Source of the DNA: Nitrospirota bacterium
GTDB taxonomy: Bacteria > Nitrospirota > Thermodesulfovibrionia > UBA6902
Length of the DNA: 53,393 bases
Assembly: GCA_011040095.1 (NCBI GenBank)
Contig: DRDE01000177.1
Location: 1 to 53,393 of the forward strand
Direction of reading: 5' to 3'
In this document: positions 25,529 to 35,354 of the stretch, one piece after another
Position numbering within the stretch: the first letter of the stretch is position 1
How the letters are laid out: each line of letters begins with the position of its first letter
The notes under the pieces: model-generated
Seen by the model: the letters and a program-made list of their open reading frames with translations, nothing else
The model's database searches: none
What the model was told of the DNA's origin: nothing
Position numbers and translations under genes: made by a program

Positions 25529-27918
25529 TGTTCTTTCTCTGCCTGAGCAGGTAAAATTTTCATCAGAGACGGAATAATAAAAATAGCAGAAATATATCCT
25601 GCCAGCACACCCATGAACAGGGTTATCCCGCTGGAAAACAATGCAGGATGTTTGGTAAAAAGCAAAACTCCCGCTCCGATAAGGGTAGTGACAGCAGAAA
25701 TCGAGATTGATAGTATAGCATTTTTTCTTAAATTATGCTGATAGTTATAGGTCATAAATATGCCGTAATCAATGCAAAGCCCCATTACGACTATGCCGGC
25801 AAACAGGTTTGCGATATTCAATGTAATGCCGGACAGGTACATAAAACCCATGAGCCATAAAACGCTTGTAAGCACCGGCACCAGTGCGATCAGCGCCCTC
25901 CTGAGATTCTTCAGGAATAAAAGAGTCAGCAAAACAATAAATGATGAGGCAATTACCGTCAAATATTTCGCTTCCGAAGAAGTGGAAGCGGATATGGACC
26001 GGGACAACAGCTTGCGTGATACCAGGAATGTTCCCGGATAATTTCCGATCAATTCAGATAATGCATCCACATATTTCTTCTCATCAGGGAAGAACGACAG
26101 TATCCTCACACCGTCTTCTCTTTCCCGGACAAATCTTTCTTTAAAAACCAGGGGAATATTATCATCGCCCGTTCCATTATTCACGGATGTGTCCGGATAT
26201 AAATTATCAAAGAACGGAGAAAATGCGGACGCGGAGAACCGGTACCCTGCTCCCTCTTCTTTTATCAGCCTTCTCAGCTTTTCTTCCCTGCCCTGTCTCC
26301 AGAACTCTTTCCATCTGTTCAGTTTTTTCAGCCGTGTTTTTTTCGAGGGCCATATTACGGCAAGACTCGAAAAATTTTCAGCGCCCACGGCTTTAACGGC
26401 ATCCTGATATATCCTGTCGTTCATTTCAAGCGCCTCTTCATAACTCTTTCCCGGTACGACAAAAAAAGCGCGATTGCCTTCATCTCCCCATGTCTTCCTG
26501 AAGTTTTCTTCTGCCTGCAAAACCGCCGGTTCGCTCCCGTCCAATTGCTGAATATTACTGTCAAACCTTACATTGAAAGCCATAAAGAAAGTTACACAAA
26601 CAGAAAAGACCCAGAGCACGGCAATCAGTTTATGATACCTGTTGGGACCTTTGTGCGATGCTTCCGGGGCTGAAGTAAAATTAAATGAAGGGCCTTTCGT
26701 TGATAATAAATGAGGCAGAATAAAAAGGGCTGATAAAAGCGACAGCGAAATGCTCAGAACCGAGAGAAAGGCGAGCTGATGATAACCCGGTGTCCTGGAG
26801 AAGAATAATGCGAAAAAAATACCTGATGTTGTCAGAGCGCCCATGCATACCGGCTTTGCTATGTGATTGATAACATGCGCTTCCCGTCCGTTGTTGCGGA
26901 CTGCTACATATATATGGATGCCGTAATCCACTGCTATGCCTGCGATCACGGTGCCCAGGCCGATTACCCATAAAGAAAGTCTTCCCATGAAGATGCCTGA
27001 CAGGCTGATTGATATAAGAACCGCTGCCGAGGGGATAAGGAAAATATATATGGCCCTGATGTCGCGAAAGACAACAAGAAATAATAGCAGGAAACCGGCT
27101 GCAGCAATGATAACGGCCAGGCGGATATCGTGTTTGATTACCTTTTCATTACTTATGGTGTGCAAATGCGCGCTTATGATGTCGGCGGAAATAAAATCGG
27201 GCAGGCGTGCTATTTTTTCATTCAGGGCAGTCAGAAGCTCTCTGGAGCCGGAGGCATCCGTCACCCGGACGGGTGTCTGTGTAATAACCATGGTATGTCG
27301 CCCGTCTCTGCTGATAAAATGCCCGTCTTCCATATTGACGTTATATTCCGTGAATGCTTTCAGTGTGTTCAGTTTGTCAAGCAGGAGAAGTCTGAGCCCG
27401 AGGGGATCGGAGTAAATCATTGATGACATGAAAATGCTTTGGGGACTTAACATCTGCCTGTAAATTCCCCGGAGTCTTTCGGAGATACTGTCCGGGTTTA
27501 TCAGGCTGTCAATGAATGACAGTTCTTCTTCGGTAATTACCCGGGGAATGTAATCAGAAAAAAAAATCCCGTCCATTATGTCCATACCCTGAAAGCCTGT
27601 GATTGTTTTTGTAAACAAGGGCGGGTTCAGAGAAGCGCTTAATTGTTCCGCTGCCCGGAAAAGATCTTTCCTGTTTTTCTCTTTTGAATTAAGGCCGAGG
27701 GAAATAACAATTTTATCGGAAAAATTGGAGTCCCTGAAGAAATCAATATTGCGCCTGATATTTATATCGTCCGGGAGCATTAATTCGACGCTGCCGTCGA
27801 ATTTGTCAAAAAAAAATCCGATACCGGAAGCTGCTATTAAAAATATGGCTGCCGCGAATACCGGAAGTCTCCTGTTTTTCACGAAATCATAAATGAGTGG
27901 AAAATATTTATCGAACAC
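25519..27918 (-). CDS. MMPL/RND-superfamily lipid exporter
   Basis: 799 aa (GTG start). Two repeats, each a large soluble loop plus a 5-6 TM bundle. Confidence 0.8.
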   Translation of the reverse strand: MFDKYFPLIYDFVKNRRLPVFAAAIFLIAASGIGFFFDKFDGSVELMLPDDINIRRNIDFFRDSNFSDKIVISLGLNSKEKNRKDLFRAAEQLSASLNPPLFTKTITGFQGMDIMDGIFFSDYIPRVITEEELSFIDSLINPDSISERLRGIYRQMLSPQSIFMSSMIYSDPLGLRLLLLDKLNTLKAFTEYNVNMEDGHFISRDGRHTMVITQTPVRVTDASGSRELLTALNEKIARLPDFISADIISAHLHTISNEKVIKHDIRLAVIIAAAGFLLLFLVVFRDIRAIYIFLIPSAAVLISISLSGIFMGRLSLWVIGLGTVIAGIAVDYGIHIYVAVRNNGREAHVINHIAKPVCMGALTTSGIFFALFFSRTPGYHQLAFLSVLSISLSLLSALFILPHLLSTKGPSFNFTSAPEASHKGPNRYHKLIAVLWVFSVCVTFFMAFNVRFDSNIQQLDGSEPAVLQAEENFRKTWGDEGNRAFFVVPGKSYEEALEMNDRIYQDAVKAVGAENFSSLAVIWPSKKTRLKKLNRWKEFWRQGREEKLRRLIKEEGAGYRFSASAFSPFFDNLYPDTSVNNGTGDDNIPLVFKERFVREREDGVRILSFFPDEKKYVDALSELIGNYPGTFLVSRKLLSRSISASTSSEAKYLTVIASSFIVLLTLLFLKNLRRALIALVPVLTSVLWLMGFMYLSGITLNIANLFAGIVVMGLCIDYGIFMTYNYQHNLRKNAILSISISAVTTLIGAGVLLFTKHPALFSSGITLFMGVLAGYISAIFIIPSLMKILPAQAEKEQCG

Positions 27919-28651
27919 TCTTGTTTATCCTGAAAAAACTGTCATCAAGAGGGGCATTTAATACAGTGTTCTCAAGGATGATCACTGTGGTGTCACCCTT
28001 GATCTCCCGGAACTCTATCTGTTTCAGGTATCTTGCATCTTCCCTGAATGTAACGGTGATGGATTTAATAATTTTTTTTGCGATGCTTTTTCCCCTGGGA
28101 ATGAATTCAAGCACATAAGGCCGCTGCTTTTTAATATGCACATCATAATTTTCCAGGAGGGAGATATAATTGCCGGAAAACCATACTGTCATCTGGTCTA
28201 TTATATTCCAGAAAATACTGTTTCCGGATATTTCGTTTATCTCGTTTGTATCTTCATCCCACTGCCGGATAACTTTATCCGTAATGAGGAGTTTATATTT
28301 AATGGGCTCCTCAACATGCCAGGCGATCTTGCCGGGTTTCCGCAGATACATTCTTCCTTTTATAATTATCTTGTTTTTGAATATGGCCAAGTGTTTTTCC
28401 TGAACAAAGTCTGTCTTTATGCTGTTAATATCAGAGAGCTTTTCTCCCAGTTGAAGCAGCAGACGGGATATACCGGATGCCCCGTATTCATTCTCTTCTT
28501 TTGCCTCTTTATTCTCTCCGGCAGGGGCTGCCGCGGTATCCCCGGGTAATTCGCCGCCTGCCGTACCGGGATATAAAGGGACAATCAAAACATAGACGAG
28601 GATACCCAGAAACAGAATGAATGTTTTTTTTTCAGCTCTCATTTGCCTCAT
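27908..28651 (-). CDS. LolA-like lipoprotein-carrier-fold protein
   Basis: Signal-anchor KKTFILFLGILVYVLIV, then FVQEKHLAIFKNKIIIKGRMYLRKPGKIAWHVEEP, which resembles LolA. The start is uncertain (28642, 28651 or TTG 28684). Confidence 0.65.
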   Translation of the reverse strand: MRQMRAEKKTFILFLGILVYVLIVPLYPGTAGGELPGDTAAAPAGENKEAKEENEYGASGISRLLLQLGEKLSDINSIKTDFVQEKHLAIFKNKIIIKGRMYLRKPGKIAWHVEEPIKYKLLITDKVIRQWDEDTNEINEISGNSIFWNIIDQMTVWFSGNYISLLENYDVHIKKQRPYVLEFIPRGKSIAKKIIKSITVTFREDARYLKQIEFREIKGDTTVIILENTVLNAPLDDSFFRINKSVR

Positions 28652-30116
28652 TACTATGCCAGACCTTAATCTCACCCCTGGCAATTAAATCATCTCCCTT
28701 AAATACCTCTCCTTTTACAATACCGAATTCATCAAGCTTTGCGACTTCACAGGTGCGCACACGCAGTTTGTCCCCTGCCGAGGCGCCGCCTAAAATCTCC
28801 AGATTCTTTATTCCCAGCAAAAAGCCTTTTATCGAAGATTCCCCGTTTTTCATATTCTTGAAACCATTTAATGCGGCAACGGATTGCGCAACCATTTCCA
28901 GGTAAAAGACATCGCCGATTTTACCGTCGTCTTCGATTAATATTGAATCTTCCGGAATCCGCAATTCCGACACTGACGATCTTTCGCTGACTTCAGTTAA
29001 TTCGTCTACAATAAGCATAGGCGGCTTGTGCGGTACAAGCCGGGAAGCCTTTAAGGGAAGACGAATGATTTCATCCTGTTTATCCAGATTTTTCCAGCAT
29101 GACGGGTCGGAAGCCAGGTAATCACCGGTCACTTGATAGGCTGCCCCGCGGCATCCGTAACATTCATTCCGGTTTTCACATCTTCCGCAGGGTCCCTTTA
29201 TGGTTTTTTTGTAATTTCTCAGGTCGCGGATGACCTCACTGTCTTTGAGAATATCAGAGAGCCCGCCTTCCCTTATATTACCGACCGGTATGGTAACGCC
29301 TACGCACGGCAGGACATCTCCATAGGCATTTACCACGCATGAAAACCGGTGTCTCAGGCACTGTCCGCCTACAAGCGGGGGCTGCGGATTCCAGGAACAG
29401 CCGTATTTTTCCCTGTCGATTCGGGCAATCCTGTAAAAAAGCTCCTTTACCCTGTGGGGTTCAACCTCCAGGAGGCCGTTTTCACTTGCCCTTCCCTGCG
29501 GGGTAATCATCTCGATATAGGGGGTAATCTTCTGATCCCTCATCCACTGCCACATTTCAACGAGTTCGTCTATGTTCCGGCGGCATATGATCGTGCTGAT
29601 CCCGAGCGGGGTTGTATGGGGATAACCCGCTTCCCTGAGATTATTGAATGCCTCCTGAATATACTTATATGCCCCCTTACTGCCTGAGAAAACATCCTGG
29701 AGGTTCTCATCAAGGGAATTCATTTTCAGCACGACTACGACCCCGGAATCAGACAGTGTCTTTGCAGCAGACTGCGTGATGTTCGTTCCGTTGGTGAAAA
29801 GCTCTATCTCCATGCCGAACTCTTTTATGAACCGGATCATTTCCATTATGTGCGGATAAAGCATAGGCTCCCCGCCGAGGATAATAATCTTTTTTGCGCC
29901 CAGTTCTCCTGCCTGCATGATTACATCACGGCTCTCCTCCATGGTCAATTCTTCCCTGCCGTTTGAATCGTTTTGTACATAACAGTAAATGCAGTTGAAG
30001 TTGCACTCGCGGTTAAACTCGATCTCCATGGACAGGAGCCCGCTGCCTGCGGCTGTCTCTTCTATCTCTTTTGCAGAGAACTCCGCTCCGTATATGCGAT
30101 TCCGGCATCTCATCAT
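28632..30116 (-). CDS. Radical SAM-SPASM enzyme fused to a C-terminal hotdog (dehydratase-like) domain
   Basis: 494 aa. NRECNFNCIYC (CX3CX2C). SPASM-type Cys pattern SCVVNAYGDVLPC ... CGRCENRNECYGC ... SCW. The last ~135 aa (HKPPMLIVDEL...GFLLGIKNLEI...GEIKVW) have a hotdog-fold pattern. Confidence 0.85.
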   Translation of the reverse strand: MMRCRNRIYGAEFSAKEIEETAAGSGLLSMEIEFNRECNFNCIYCYVQNDSNGREELTMEESRDVIMQAGELGAKKIIILGGEPMLYPHIMEMIRFIKEFGMEIELFTNGTNITQSAAKTLSDSGVVVVLKMNSLDENLQDVFSGSKGAYKYIQEAFNNLREAGYPHTTPLGISTIICRRNIDELVEMWQWMRDQKITPYIEMITPQGRASENGLLEVEPHRVKELFYRIARIDREKYGCSWNPQPPLVGGQCLRHRFSCVVNAYGDVLPCVGVTIPVGNIREGGLSDILKDSEVIRDLRNYKKTIKGPCGRCENRNECYGCRGAAYQVTGDYLASDPSCWKNLDKQDEIIRLPLKASRLVPHKPPMLIVDELTEVSERSSVSELRIPEDSILIEDDGKIGDVFYLEMVAQSVAALNGFKNMKNGESSIKGFLLGIKNLEILGGASAGDKLRVRTCEVAKLDEFGIVKGEVFKGDDLIARGEIKVWHSNEANES

Positions 30117-30117
30117 T

Positions 30118-31419
30118 TTAATTGTTTCTCCTGTCTATAAAGCGGTTTATTTTACGGGAGGATGCAGGCAGTATCCGTTTTTTGACCTCCTCGTCAGTGC
30201 AGATTAAAACATCGGGGCTTACGCGCAGCCTTGCCTGAAGCCTCTCCCTGATCCTGTCCGGCGGACAGGCGCTGCCGCCCTTGCTCAGCGACACATAAAC
30301 ATTCAATATATCAGAGAGATCAAAATCGCTGTGTACGGTAATATAATAATCACTGACCTCCGGAATCTCATCCAGGACGGAATATACGGCCTGGGGATAC
30401 AGAGTCGTTCCCCGGTATTTGATCATCTGTTTCTTCCTCCCGATTATAGGTCCGAGACGGGTTGAATGTCTTCCGCATTCACAGGGTTCATCAATCAGGA
30501 AACCGACATCACCTGTTTTAAACCTCAGCAGGGGCATCCCTTCCACCGACAGGGGCGTAACTACTATTTCCCCTGTTTCTCCCGGAGGCAGCGCCTCTCC
30601 CCTGTCATTGATTATTTCAACAATCGCCAGTTCGGGGTGCAGGTGCCCGCCTTTTTTTGCAGTGCATTCACAAAATGTCGTTATTGTCTCGGAAGAGGCA
30701 TATGTTGAATATATATCCGCCGGCCACATTTCTTCCAGGTACTGTCCCATTTTCAGAAGCGAGAGCGCATCGTCCCTGACCGGCTCACCGATGCAGACGA
30801 GCCTGGTTACAGGGGTTTCTTTCGGCTCCATACCCCCGGATTGCAGGAACCGGCCCAACTTATACAGAAATGACGGAACACCGACAATCACGGTAGGCTT
30901 CATCCTCCGGATAATCTCCATGTGGCTTGCAAAACTGCTCAGGCCGTTTCTGATAACAGCGGCCCCCCGCTGCTGCGCCCCTAAAAAGTAAGCCAGCCCG
31001 GCAATAAAGCATCTGTCCATTGTGCACGTGAGCAGGACGATGTCCTCCGCGGTAATTCCGCATCCCGCAAATGATATCTCCTCGTTGTATGCGAGGCGTT
31101 TCAGATCGTTTTCCGTGTACATGATCCTCGTAGGTTTGCCCGTGGTTCCGGATGATAAAACTATGTCCGTAATTTTGGACATGGGGACTGCAAGCAGTTC
31201 ATCATTGTACCTTTCAAGATCGGATTTATCGGTAAACGGCAGATCGCCCAGGTTATCAAGAGATATATTTTCCGGATCATGGCCCCTCAGTGTTCTGCTG
31301 TAATAAGGAGAATTTTTGGCAATATAACCAAGATGGCTTCTGAACATCGTTTCCTGTACCCGTTTTATTTCGTCAGGCCCTTCAAATTCAATCCCCCTGT
31401 ATTTGTAAAAATCCGTCAT
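30118..31419 (-). CDS. PaaK/coenzyme F390 synthetase-type adenylate-forming ligase
   Basis: 433 aa. Motifs: SSGTTGKPT, YASSE, FKTGD, GRKKQMIKYRG. ATGA overlap with the upstream acyltransferase gene. Confidence 0.85.
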   Translation of the reverse strand: MTDFYKYRGIEFEGPDEIKRVQETMFRSHLGYIAKNSPYYSRTLRGHDPENISLDNLGDLPFTDKSDLERYNDELLAVPMSKITDIVLSSGTTGKPTRIMYTENDLKRLAYNEEISFAGCGITAEDIVLLTCTMDRCFIAGLAYFLGAQQRGAAVIRNGLSSFASHMEIIRRMKPTVIVGVPSFLYKLGRFLQSGGMEPKETPVTRLVCIGEPVRDDALSLLKMGQYLEEMWPADIYSTYASSETITTFCECTAKKGGHLHPELAIVEIINDRGEALPPGETGEIVVTPLSVEGMPLLRFKTGDVGFLIDEPCECGRHSTRLGPIIGRKKQMIKYRGTTLYPQAVYSVLDEIPEVSDYYITVHSDFDLSDILNVYVSLSKGGSACPPDRIRERLQARLRVSPDVLICTDEEVKKRILPASSRKINRFIDRRNN

Positions 31420-32165
31420 GCCCTGCTCTCCATAAGGGACAGTTCATTGCCGATAATCTCCCGCACCCTGTTTTTCAATGAAAATATGGTCATTTCCCCA
31501 TAGTCCGTCCATGTAACGGCAGGCAGCCTGCGTATTCTGATTGTCCCGGGTCTTAAAAGAAGCGAGCCTCTGGGTGGAATGTTTTCATTCCCGGAGATGC
31601 AGAGCGGCACTATGGTCGCCTTTGATTTTAATGCAAGACGAAAGGCCGCACCATGGAAATGACCCGGTTTTCCGTGCGGGCGCCGCGTTCCCTCCGGGAA
31701 AAATATTATCGAGACCCTTTCCCTCAGTAATCCCATGGCCTTCTCAAAAAAATCTTCAGGCCGCATCTTCCTTATATTCAGATAGCCTGCCTTCCGGGCA
31801 AAGAAACCGAGAACCGGAATCCGGAAAGGCCATATGTTCACGACCTGCACAGCTTCATGAGGCAGCACGGACATCAGGAAGGCGTCTGATGCAGACCTGT
31901 GGTTGCAGACGAATATATACGGCTCCGGGATATTATCATCTGAATGATTTTCATAGATAAGCCTTATGAATGGAAAGGGAATTAACGTAGTGCCCTTCCC
32001 GTACCAACTGATGGCGCGACGGCACCTCCTGAGTCGACAGCGGCTTGATTTAAATAACGAACAGGAACCGAGGATAAGTGTAACGGCCGGAATGAATATC
32101 AGGGAATAAATTATAAAGAGAAAATAAAAATATAAGTTCAGAGAATAAATTTTAAAATTTTTCAT
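31416..32165 (-). CDS. PlsC-type (lysophospholipid) acyltransferase
   Basis: N-terminal TM helix, HX4D motif NHRSASD, and FPEGTR. Confidence 0.85.
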   Translation of the reverse strand: MKNFKIYSLNLYFYFLFIIYSLIFIPAVTLILGSCSLFKSSRCRLRRCRRAISWYGKGTTLIPFPFIRLIYENHSDDNIPEPYIFVCNHRSASDAFLMSVLPHEAVQVVNIWPFRIPVLGFFARKAGYLNIRKMRPEDFFEKAMGLLRERVSIIFFPEGTRRPHGKPGHFHGAAFRLALKSKATIVPLCISGNENIPPRGSLLLRPGTIRIRRLPAVTWTDYGEMTIFSLKNRVREIIGNELSLMESRA

Positions 32166-32183
32166 CTCGAAAGGAGTTCCCTC

Positions 32184-32438
32184 TCATTTTCTTTTCTTAT
32201 TCAGTTTAATAATAAGACTGTAGATGTCCTGAATAGTACGGATGTTTCTGACTTCTTCTTCATTCCGTATGTTAATTCCGAAACTTTTTTGCAATGCGGC
32301 AACCAAATCAACTATATCAAGGCTGTCCAGCCCCAGGTCGGTAAATATGTGCGCCCCGGGTTTCAACTTTTCTTTTTCTATCTCAAAGGATTCTTCAAAT
32401 ACCTTGTTTGTAATATCAACAATTTCCTGCTCAGTCAT
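32184..32438 (-). CDS. Acyl carrier protein
   Basis: LGLDSLDIVDLVAALQ motif. I prefer the start MTEQEIV at 32436-32438 (GGAGG 7 nt upstream); the ORF track extends to 32483. Confidence 0.9.
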   Translation of the reverse strand: MTEQEIVDITNKVFEESFEIEKEKLKPGAHIFTDLGLDSLDIVDLVAALQKSFGINIRNEEEVRNIRTIQDIYSLIIKLNKKRK

Positions 32439-32512
32439 TTTTCCCTCCCCAGGGCATTGAAATATTATTGATCTGTCAGACACTTATATAGAATAACTGC
32501 GAGTACGGCTTA

Positions 32513-33766
32513 TTATAATACAAAATCCTGAGAAGAATTATTATATTTTCTGCAAACCAGCGCTGCATTAACACCGCCGAAGGCAAAGCCGTTTTTTAAT
32601 ATCGCATTTAATTCCTTTCTTAAAGGTTTCGTAACATGGTCAATACCCCGGCAGTCAGGGCCGGCTTCATCCAGATTTAACGTCGGGTAAATAATCCCCT
32701 TTTCCATCATTATTAAAGAAGCGATAAGTTCAATTGCCCCGGATGCACCCAGTGTATGACCTATGTAGCCCTTTAAACTGCTTACCGGAACAGAGCAGCC
32801 AAAGACCCCCCTGATGGCTCCGGCTTCTTCCTTGTCCCCTTGAAGCGTCCCTGTAGCATGAGCATTTATATAGTCTATTTCGCCGGGGGAGACTTTAGCG
32901 TCTTTCAATGCTTCGCTTATACATTGAATGATTGATTTTTCGTCCGACTGGCTTATACGAGAACCGCTTCCGCAAGTGCTGTAGCCGATAATCTCAGCAT
33001 AAATTTTAGCATTTCTGCGGAGAGCATGTTTATATTCCTCCAGGACCAGGATACCGCTCCCCTCTCCACATACGAGTCCGTCCCTTTCTTTATCAAAAGG
33101 TCTCGGGGTTTTGTGGGGAGACCTGTTGTATTTCACCGATGTCGCAAATACAACATCAAAAGAACCGGTTACCACCGGGTGAAGCTCCTCAGTCCCCCCG
33201 CACAACAGGACATCCTGCTTCCCAAGGCTGATTAATTCATAGCCTGTGCCGATAGCCTGGAGAGAAGAAGCGCATGCGGATGACGTTGCTAGTACATATC
33301 CCGTTAAGCCAAAATATTGCGCCACATTAGCTGTTGCGGTATGAGACATGCATTGAAAAAACATGCCTGATGGAAGCCGGCTCATGTCTTTGTCCGTTAT
33401 CAATATGTTAAATGCATTATTAATACTATTAGCGCTCCCCGTGGTAGAGCCTATGATGCAGCCCATCCGGCCTGATGGTATATAGGGCAGATTTATTCCC
33501 GAATCGTTAAGCGCCTGTTCAGCAGCCTGGACAGCAAAAATACTCATTCTTCCCATAGTACGCCTTTTTTGGCGCGGGATATTTTTCTCATCCTTAAGCT
33601 CCGCAGGGGCAGCTACATGACTGTTCATCCCGCAGTAACAGGACCATTCATCCATAAAGCGGACAGCGCTTTTCCCTGACTCTATGCCGTCTATAAGTGA
33701 ATGGACGCTGCCCCCAAGGGGAGTAACAGCTCCGACTCCTGTTATTACCACTCTTTTCATCAGCAT
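32513..33766 (-). CDS. Beta-ketoacyl-ACP synthase, FabF/FabB-like, catalytically complete
   Basis: 417 aa. Motifs: ATSSACASSLQAI (Cys), INAHATGTLQGD (His), GHTLGASG (His). The start overlaps the stop of the upstream flavoenzyme gene. Confidence 0.9.
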   Translation of the reverse strand: MLMKRVVITGVGAVTPLGGSVHSLIDGIESGKSAVRFMDEWSCYCGMNSHVAAPAELKDEKNIPRQKRRTMGRMSIFAVQAAEQALNDSGINLPYIPSGRMGCIIGSTTGSANSINNAFNILITDKDMSRLPSGMFFQCMSHTATANVAQYFGLTGYVLATSSACASSLQAIGTGYELISLGKQDVLLCGGTEELHPVVTGSFDVVFATSVKYNRSPHKTPRPFDKERDGLVCGEGSGILVLEEYKHALRRNAKIYAEIIGYSTCGSGSRISQSDEKSIIQCISEALKDAKVSPGEIDYINAHATGTLQGDKEEAGAIRGVFGCSVPVSSLKGYIGHTLGASGAIELIASLIMMEKGIIYPTLNLDEAGPDCRGIDHVTKPLRKELNAILKNGFAFGGVNAALVCRKYNNSSQDFVL

Positions 33767-35259
33767 AAATTCTTTAACAAAAACTTATTGTACGTATCCT
33801 CATCCAGAATAGACCCGGCGACAATAAAAGAGGATAACATTGCTCCAAGCAGACCGGGCAAAAGTGAACTCTGTCCGGCAGCATATAAATTTCGCAATGG
33901 AAGCTGTCCTATAACATTAAACTGGTTCAGCTTCTGTTTTATTCCGTAAGCCGAGCCGTCATAATTATTCAGATAATCTCTGAAAGTAAGCACGGACGCC
34001 GAATCAAGAACCCTCAGGCTGTTTTTATATTCCGGGAAGAGCCTGAATATGCGTTTCAATACGGCGTCAACCCTTGTTTTCTTGTAATCCTGATATTCCT
34101 GCGGTCTCATTCCCGTTTGCGAATCCTTCCATGCCTTAACATGTTCCGGGAAAGACGGTTCCAGGGCAACAATTGTTTTACGGTTTTCCCCGCCGACCTG
34201 CTCCACAGACTTGATAAGCAATAGGGCCGGTGTGCCGGTGTATGCCGGATCCAAAAGCTGATTTAAGTCGCAACCCGGCAAAATGGAAAATATGGTATCA
34301 TCAAAATCCGGTTCCTCAAACCCGGACTCCAGGACCGCAAAAACCGAAAAGAATCCTATTGACGACTCAAACAGGTTAACCCGGTTGATAAATGCCCGGC
34401 TCAAATGCTTTTCCGGCAGAATACTTAATATCTCCCTGGGATGTATTGTAAAAATACAGTTATCAGATGAAATCTCTTCTCCTGAACTCAGTATAAAGCT
34501 GCCGACCTTTTTATCATGAATACCGGCCAGGTCCACTATAAAATCATTACAGCGGATATTGATGTCAAAATCCCTGAATTTTGTCTCAAAGGCCTTAACA
34601 AATGCGCCGCCGCCGCCCTTGACATGGGCAATCGACTCAAAAAAACCGAGACATATCCTGCTGTGGTCCGCAAATGAAATTTCTTCCGGTTTAACACCGT
34701 AGCACGTTGCAAACCCGGATAATACGGCTTTTAACAAAGGATTCCGTGTCAGCCTGCCCAGCATTTCATCCAGTGAGATAAAATCCTCTTCCAGGGACTG
34801 ATGCCGGGTTGTAAGTGTGCGCAGGTTCATTGATGGAGTCTGAGCACACACATGCTCGACTTTATCAAAATAGCCATCGATTGCGGATGCTTCACCTGTA
34901 AAATATTCTTTTAATTTCTTTTTTACATTCCCGATTCCATAAGGAATTTTGTATTGCCTGTTTTCTGTCTCGAATATACAACAGATGGCATGGTCCCCGG
35001 ATAAGAATGCCGGCTGGATTAAGTCACGGATTCCCAGGGCAGTCAGGAGCTCGTATAATATTCCGCCTTTTTGAAGTCCCCCCGTAAAATGAAAACCCGT
35101 ATCAAAAGGAATGCCTTTTTTGTAAAACCGTGCCACAGCCCCGCCGATACGAGGGTTTTTTTCCAGCAGCAGCACCTTGCGGCCGTTCATACCGAGGATA
35201 AGGGCCATTGTCATCCCGCTTATACCGCTGCCCACCACTATATCGTCGTATTTTTCCAT
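33760..35259 (-). CDS. CrtI/phytoene-desaturase-family FAD-dependent oxidoreductase
   Basis: 499 aa. Dinucleotide fold DIVVGSGISGMTMALILGMNGRKVLLLEKNPRIGG and a C-terminal ...LYAAGQSSLLPGLLGAM motif. Confidence 0.85.
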   Translation of the reverse strand: MEKYDDIVVGSGISGMTMALILGMNGRKVLLLEKNPRIGGAVARFYKKGIPFDTGFHFTGGLQKGGILYELLTALGIRDLIQPAFLSGDHAICCIFETENRQYKIPYGIGNVKKKLKEYFTGEASAIDGYFDKVEHVCAQTPSMNLRTLTTRHQSLEEDFISLDEMLGRLTRNPLLKAVLSGFATCYGVKPEEISFADHSRICLGFFESIAHVKGGGGAFVKAFETKFRDFDINIRCNDFIVDLAGIHDKKVGSFILSSGEEISSDNCIFTIHPREILSILPEKHLSRAFINRVNLFESSIGFFSVFAVLESGFEEPDFDDTIFSILPGCDLNQLLDPAYTGTPALLLIKSVEQVGGENRKTIVALEPSFPEHVKAWKDSQTGMRPQEYQDYKKTRVDAVLKRIFRLFPEYKNSLRVLDSASVLTFRDYLNNYDGSAYGIKQKLNQFNVIGQLPLRNLYAAGQSSLLPGLLGAMLSSFIVAGSILDEDTYNKFLLKNLC

Positions 35260-35354
35260 TTTTTATCTGTTAAATTCTGTTAAATAGAGTCTGTAGCGGG
35301 CAGACTTACCCGGCATGTTTATGCATTATTAAGGTTAATACAGGAATAATAAAA

